From: Candidatus Dormiibacterota bacterium
GTDB lineage: Bacteria > Patescibacteriota > Saccharimonadia > UBA4664 > DATLOE01
DNA: 56,757 nt
Assembly: GCA_035536395.1 (NCBI GenBank)
Contig: DATLOE010000017.1
Location: forward strand, 1-56,757
Direction: 5' to 3'
Below, piece after piece: positions 53,246 to 56,757 of the stretch. A program made the position numbers and the translations under genes. The notes under the pieces are model-generated. The model saw nothing but the letters and a program-made list of their open reading frames with translations, did not search any database and was not told the DNA's origin. Within the stretch, counting starts at the first letter, position 1; every line of letters starts with the position of its first letter.

Positions 53246-54598
53246 GTGGATCAACCTGGTGTTAATCCGACCAACAATCCTAAGATGGATCTGTTGCGTG
53301 GTGGAGGTACAAATATACAGTCTAATATTCCAGAGCCGGCCGGCGGTGTTCCTGCGAGCTTTACTTCTGGTGCCGCGCCCATACCTTCAGCTAATGCGAA
53401 GCCCTTGCCCGCCGCCTCGTACCTAGAGCAGGCCAAAGCTCAGCCAGCTCCAGTGTTTGGAAGCGCTGGCGGCAGTACGCCCATACCTGCAGCTGCTCCA
53501 GTAACTGCCATGTCTGCACAGCCCGATCAGGCACCCGCCCAGGCTCAGCCCGAGCCTAAGCCGGCACCTCCGCCACCTGTCACCCCTAAGCCTGCTTCGC
53601 CTCGTCGCGGCCGTATTTTAGTGTTGCTGGCGGCTATTATTTTGGCGGCCATTGGCGCTGGTGTCTGGTATTATCTGAATTTGCAGAACCAGCCTGCGCC
53701 GGTTGTGCCGACTGAAATTCAACCGGTAGACCCGACCGGCTTAAAGCAGAGCGAGGCAGATACAAGCCGCGCCATTGAGGCCGGAGCGGCCACCAAGCAG
53801 AAAAAACTTACCCTAAGCTTTACTATTCCCACCACTGCCAATATGGGCACCTTAACTCCCCAGCTTGAGTTAAGAAAATCAGGAACTGATTTTACAGGCG
53901 AACCGACTACGGTCGGGGAAGAGGTTCAGGCTACCGGCAGCGATATAACTGTTAATATCCCGGTTGAGAACCTAGAAGACGGCTTTTACCACTGGCAGGT
54001 AAGAACGGTCAAAGGCGAGCAGGTTAGCCAGTGGGTAGTGTTTGGCAATGACCCCAAGGCAGTCGCCTTTATGGTAGATACAGTAGCCCCGGCTGCTGCC
54101 TCTCTGCAGTCTCTTGGAGGCAGCAGTGTGAGTGATACTTCCAATACGGTCACAGTTGCTACCCGCAAGCCAACCTTTGTCGGAAAGGCCGACCCGAGCT
54201 CCAGGGTGAAGGTTTCGATCCAGAATGGACCCGAACTGTCCGCCGTGGCCGATTCTAGCGGCAACTGGTCGACTACTCCAACTAGCGATTTGGCTGAGGG
54301 TCAGTATAAAGTTTCTATCGTAGCTAGTGACGCGGCAGATAACGCTAGTGCGCCGCTGGCCTTTACCATGGAAGTTAAAACCGCCGCTGCTACCACCCCA
54401 GCCCCGGCCGCTACTGATACTCCTGCCGCCGCCGAAACTCCCGCAGCCACTACACCAGCCGCTACGCCAGCTACTACAGATACATCTCTAGCCGCTACAG
54501 GTGACGAAACAACCCTAATCAGCGCTTTCAGTCTAACGGTATTTGCTATATCCTTAGCAGTACTAATTAGACGAAAACCGCACTATGGTTCGCGCTAA
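53246..54598 (+). CDS. surface protein: Pro/Ala-rich cytoplasmic N-terminus, TM anchor, Ig-like ectodomains, Thr/Ala/Pro stalk and an LAATG sorting signal
   Basis: The start is uncertain (GTG 53240/53246 or ATG 53285). The TM anchor is RRGRILVLLAAIILAAIGAGVWYYL. The Ig-like segment is VDTVAPAAA...KPTFVGKADPSSRVKV...GNWS...EGQYKVSIVASDAADN. The C-terminus is LAATGDETTLISAFSLTVFAISLAVLIRRKPH. Confidence 0.75.
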   Translation: MDQPGVNPTNNPKMDLLRGGGTNIQSNIPEPAGGVPASFTSGAAPIPSANAKPLPAASYLEQAKAQPAPVFGSAGGSTPIPAAAPVTAMSAQPDQAPAQAQPEPKPAPPPPVTPKPASPRRGRILVLLAAIILAAIGAGVWYYLNLQNQPAPVVPTEIQPVDPTGLKQSEADTSRAIEAGAATKQKKLTLSFTIPTTANMGTLTPQLELRKSGTDFTGEPTTVGEEVQATGSDITVNIPVENLEDGFYHWQVRTVKGEQVSQWVVFGNDPKAVAFMVDTVAPAAASLQSLGGSSVSDTSNTVTVATRKPTFVGKADPSSRVKVSIQNGPELSAVADSSGNWSTTPTSDLAEGQYKVSIVASDAADNASAPLAFTMEVKTAAATTPAPAATDTPAAAETPAATTPAATPATTDTSLAATGDETTLISAFSLTVFAISLAVLIRRKPHYGSR

Positions 54599-55397
54599 AT
54601 ATCGCTTAACTGACAAAGTTGCTCAGCCTCTAAAGTTTAATCCGACCGAAAAATGGGCGGATGATTCCTACGTCTATCTACTAGACACTGAGCGCGGGAT
54701 TTGTAAAAAAAGTCCGCTTAATTCGCAGGCTAATCTGCCCACGGCTTACTATCTGGCAGAGGAAGATAAGCCCAAACCGCCACCAGCACCCAGACCAGTG
54801 CGGAAGTCGGCCGTATTTGCGCCACCACCTCCTAGATATAAAACGCGCCTGGCTAGGGGCTTGGCGGCAGCCGGTATGGCAGTGGCTGCGTTTCTAATAA
54901 TTTATCCGCTTTGGCCAGGCATTGAATATGAGCTCAGCCGGGCTCTGAACCGGCAAGATAGCGCAAATGCTCAGCTGGTTAAACCCGACAATCTACCCGT
55001 GACGGCGGTGAATAAAGTCATTATTCCTAAAATCAAAGTCTCATCTGCCATCCTGGAGGGGCCGGATCTTAGTATTTTAGATCGGGAGGAAGGCGTTTGG
55101 CATCAAAAAGGCGAGGCACCAGGGGGCAACTTTGTCTTAGCGGGGCACCGGTTTAAGTATCTTCCGCCTAATACCTCGACATTATATAACCTGGGCAAGC
55201 TAGAGCCTGGAGATACGATTGTAATCGACTGGCTGGGGAAGCGGTATGTTTATGCCGTCAGTGAAGTAAAGACAATTGGCGCCGGGGAAGTGAGTATATT
55301 AGACCAGTCTTTGAAGCAGCGCATTACGATTTACACCTGCAGTGATAAGCAGGAAACCGAAAGAATAGTGGCTATTGCCGAGCCGGTACCGTATTAG
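54585..55397 (+). CDS. sortase (class E-like by its pairing with an LAxTG substrate), with a roughly 95-aa Pro-rich cytoplasmic N-terminus and a TM anchor
   Basis: The catalytic motifs LAGHRF (His), ITIYTCS (TLxTC Cys) and a downstream Arg (ETERIV) are present. It overlaps the substrate gene by 14 nt. Confidence 0.85.
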   Translation: MVRAKYRLTDKVAQPLKFNPTEKWADDSYVYLLDTERGICKKSPLNSQANLPTAYYLAEEDKPKPPPAPRPVRKSAVFAPPPPRYKTRLARGLAAAGMAVAAFLIIYPLWPGIEYELSRALNRQDSANAQLVKPDNLPVTAVNKVIIPKIKVSSAILEGPDLSILDREEGVWHQKGEAPGGNFVLAGHRFKYLPPNTSTLYNLGKLEPGDTIVIDWLGKRYVYAVSEVKTIGAGEVSILDQSLKQRITIYTCSDKQETERIVAIAEPVPY

Positions 55398-55470
55398 CTG
55401 GTTTAGGTACCGCCCGACTTTGAGCGTAACCGGATTGATGCTAAGATAAATACGATTATTAGAGGTATCC

Positions 55471-56244
55471 GTGGCCGAAGTCATTGCAATTGCCAATCAG
55501 AAAGGGGGGGTCGGAAAGACCACCACTGCCATTAATTTGGCATCTTTTTTGGCTCAGGCGGGCAATAAGGTAATGGTGGTCGATCTTGACCCTCAAGGCA
55601 ACACAACTAGCGGTTTTGGAATTGATAAAAACGCGCTGGAAGGGGATATGTATAATGTGCTGCTCGACCAGCTGCATCCGCATGAGGTGGCGCTGACAAC
55701 CGCATATCATAAGGTGGTAGTGGTGCCGGCTTCTTCGGTACTGGCCGCAGCCGAGATAGAGCTGGTGTCTTCGCCGCAGAGAGAGCATAGGCTCAAAGAG
55801 CGCTTGGCAGATCTGGCTTATGACTATATTATTATCGACTGCCCGCCTTCGCTCGGCCTTCTGACCGTTAACGGCCTTACAGCCGCTAACTGGCTGATTA
55901 TACCGGTGCAGTCTGAATATTACGCCCTCGAGGGCTTAAGCCAGCTGCTGGCAACAGTACAGAGAGTGCGCCAGGCACTAAACCCGAGTCTGGATATTCT
56001 GGGTGTGCTTTTAACTATGAACAATCGCACCGCACTCTCCTCTCAGGTGCATAAAGAGGTTAAACGCCATTTCCCCGGTACAGTGTTCGATACCGTTATT
56101 CCCCGTAATGTTAGGCTAGCTGAGGCACCTAGTTACGGCCGCCCTATCGGCCATTTCGATAAGTGGAGTAAGGGCGCCCGCAGTTATAAGAATCTGGCCA
56201 AAGAGGTAACCGCCCGAGCGGCGCATAAGAAGGCGGCTGTATGA
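55471..56244 (+). CDS. parA: chromosome partitioning ATPase ParA/Soj (GTG start)
   Basis: The deviant Walker A motif NQKGGVGKTTT is present, together with VVDLDPQGN and IIIDCPPSLG. Confidence 0.95.
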   Translation: MAEVIAIANQKGGVGKTTTAINLASFLAQAGNKVMVVDLDPQGNTTSGFGIDKNALEGDMYNVLLDQLHPHEVALTTAYHKVVVVPASSVLAAAEIELVSSPQREHRLKERLADLAYDYIIIDCPPSLGLLTVNGLTAANWLIIPVQSEYYALEGLSQLLATVQRVRQALNPSLDILGVLLTMNNRTALSSQVHKEVKRHFPGTVFDTVIPRNVRLAEAPSYGRPIGHFDKWSKGARSYKNLAKEVTARAAHKKAAV

Positions 56245-56757
56245 GAAAGCGTGGTTTAGGCAGAGGCTTTGAAGCCATAATACCGACCGATATCACAGGC
56301 AGTTCTGATAGCGAGAGGATTACCCAAATTCCGGTGACGGACGTAGTGCCCAATCCACACCAGCCCCGGCAGGATTTTAAGCCCAGTGATTTGCAGGGCC
56401 TGGCAGACTCCATCAGGCATCATGGTATATTGCAGCCTCTGGTGGTTACAAAGACAGACCATGGATACGAACTGATTGCCGGTGAACGGCGCTTGAGGGC
56501 AGCCAAATTAATTGGTCTAGCCGAAGTACCGGCCATTGTGCGCAGCTTTGATGAACAGCAAAAATTGGAACTGGCTTTAATTGAAAACCTACAGAGGGCT
56601 GATTTAAACGCCATAGAGACGGCTGCTGCTTATCGCAAGCTGGTAGATGAGTTCAATATGACCCCTAGTGAAATTGCGGCAAAAGTCGGCCAGGCACTGC
56701 CGACTGTTTCTAATACCATGAGGCTCTTAAACCTTACCCCGGAAGTTCAGAAAATGG
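56241..56757 (+). CDS. parB: chromosome partitioning protein ParB/Spo0J, 3'-truncated by the window edge (not in the ORF track)
   Basis: An ATGA overlap links it to parA. The product reads MRKRGLGRGFEAIIP...NPHQPR...GILQPLVV...LIAGERRLRAAKLIGL.EVPAIV...LIENLQRADLN. Confidence 0.92.
   Translation, partial: MRKRGLGRGFEAIIPTDITGSSDSERITQIPVTDVVPNPHQPRQDFKPSDLQGLADSIRHHGILQPLVVTKTDHGYELIAGERRLRAAKLIGLAEVPAIVRSFDEQQKLELALIENLQRADLNAIETAAAYRKLVDEFNMTPSEIAAKVGQALPTVSNTMRLLNLTPEVQKM

Noticed and set aside
55398-56757. parS site (TGTTTCACGTGAAACA-like) near parAB.
   Set aside because: I could not find a match with two or fewer mismatches by eye in the parA upstream region or in the visible part of parB. 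A proper pattern scan is needed.

Overview
This is a 56.8 kb chromosomal window from a small-genome, Gram-positive-type bacterium. By eye the genome is about 45-50% GC. Several traits look Patescibacteria/CPR-like, possibly Saccharibacteria: a short 16S of about 1480 nt, a 23S with expansion segments, sortase plus LPXTG-type surface proteins, and little biosynthesis. That lineage call is inference only. Most of the window is housekeeping: gyrB-gyrA, rpsA-ylxR-infB-rbfA, fmt-def-priA, secDF, recJ, a long hisS-HIT-rpsU-yqeY-ybeY-dgkA-adk-map operon, ftsA-ftsZ, nrdR-nrdJ, yggT-ileS-ftsW/rodA, rplU and parAB. Six things stand out. (1) The single rRNA operon keeps the ancestral order 16S / tRNA-Ile / tRNA-Ala / 23S-5S, but about 10 protein genes split it into separate promoter- and terminator-bounded units. 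(2) Three single-gene cassettes are about 58-63% GC (hand counts), each ending in a GC-rich hairpin. They are a tandem-duplicated actinobacterial-type IHF (mIHF/sIHF) next to tRNA-Ala, a 480-aa orphan protein, and a class II RNR nrdJ. The nrdJ sits behind a compositionally native nrdR and carries a structured leader. (3) A sortase is translationally coupled to an LAATG substrate that has an unusual long cytoplasmic N-terminus. Two further substrates carry LPQTG and TPETG signals. (4) A NOX/ferric-reductase-like haem-flavoprotein and a secreted beta-helix-repeat membrane protein lie inside the rRNA gap. (5) A Cys-less glutaredoxin/NrdH-like ORF follows nrdJ. (6) The 23S has AT-rich expansion segments. 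I saw no CRISPR array, transposase, integrase or recognisable defence system. All product calls come from motif recognition by eye, with no database search.
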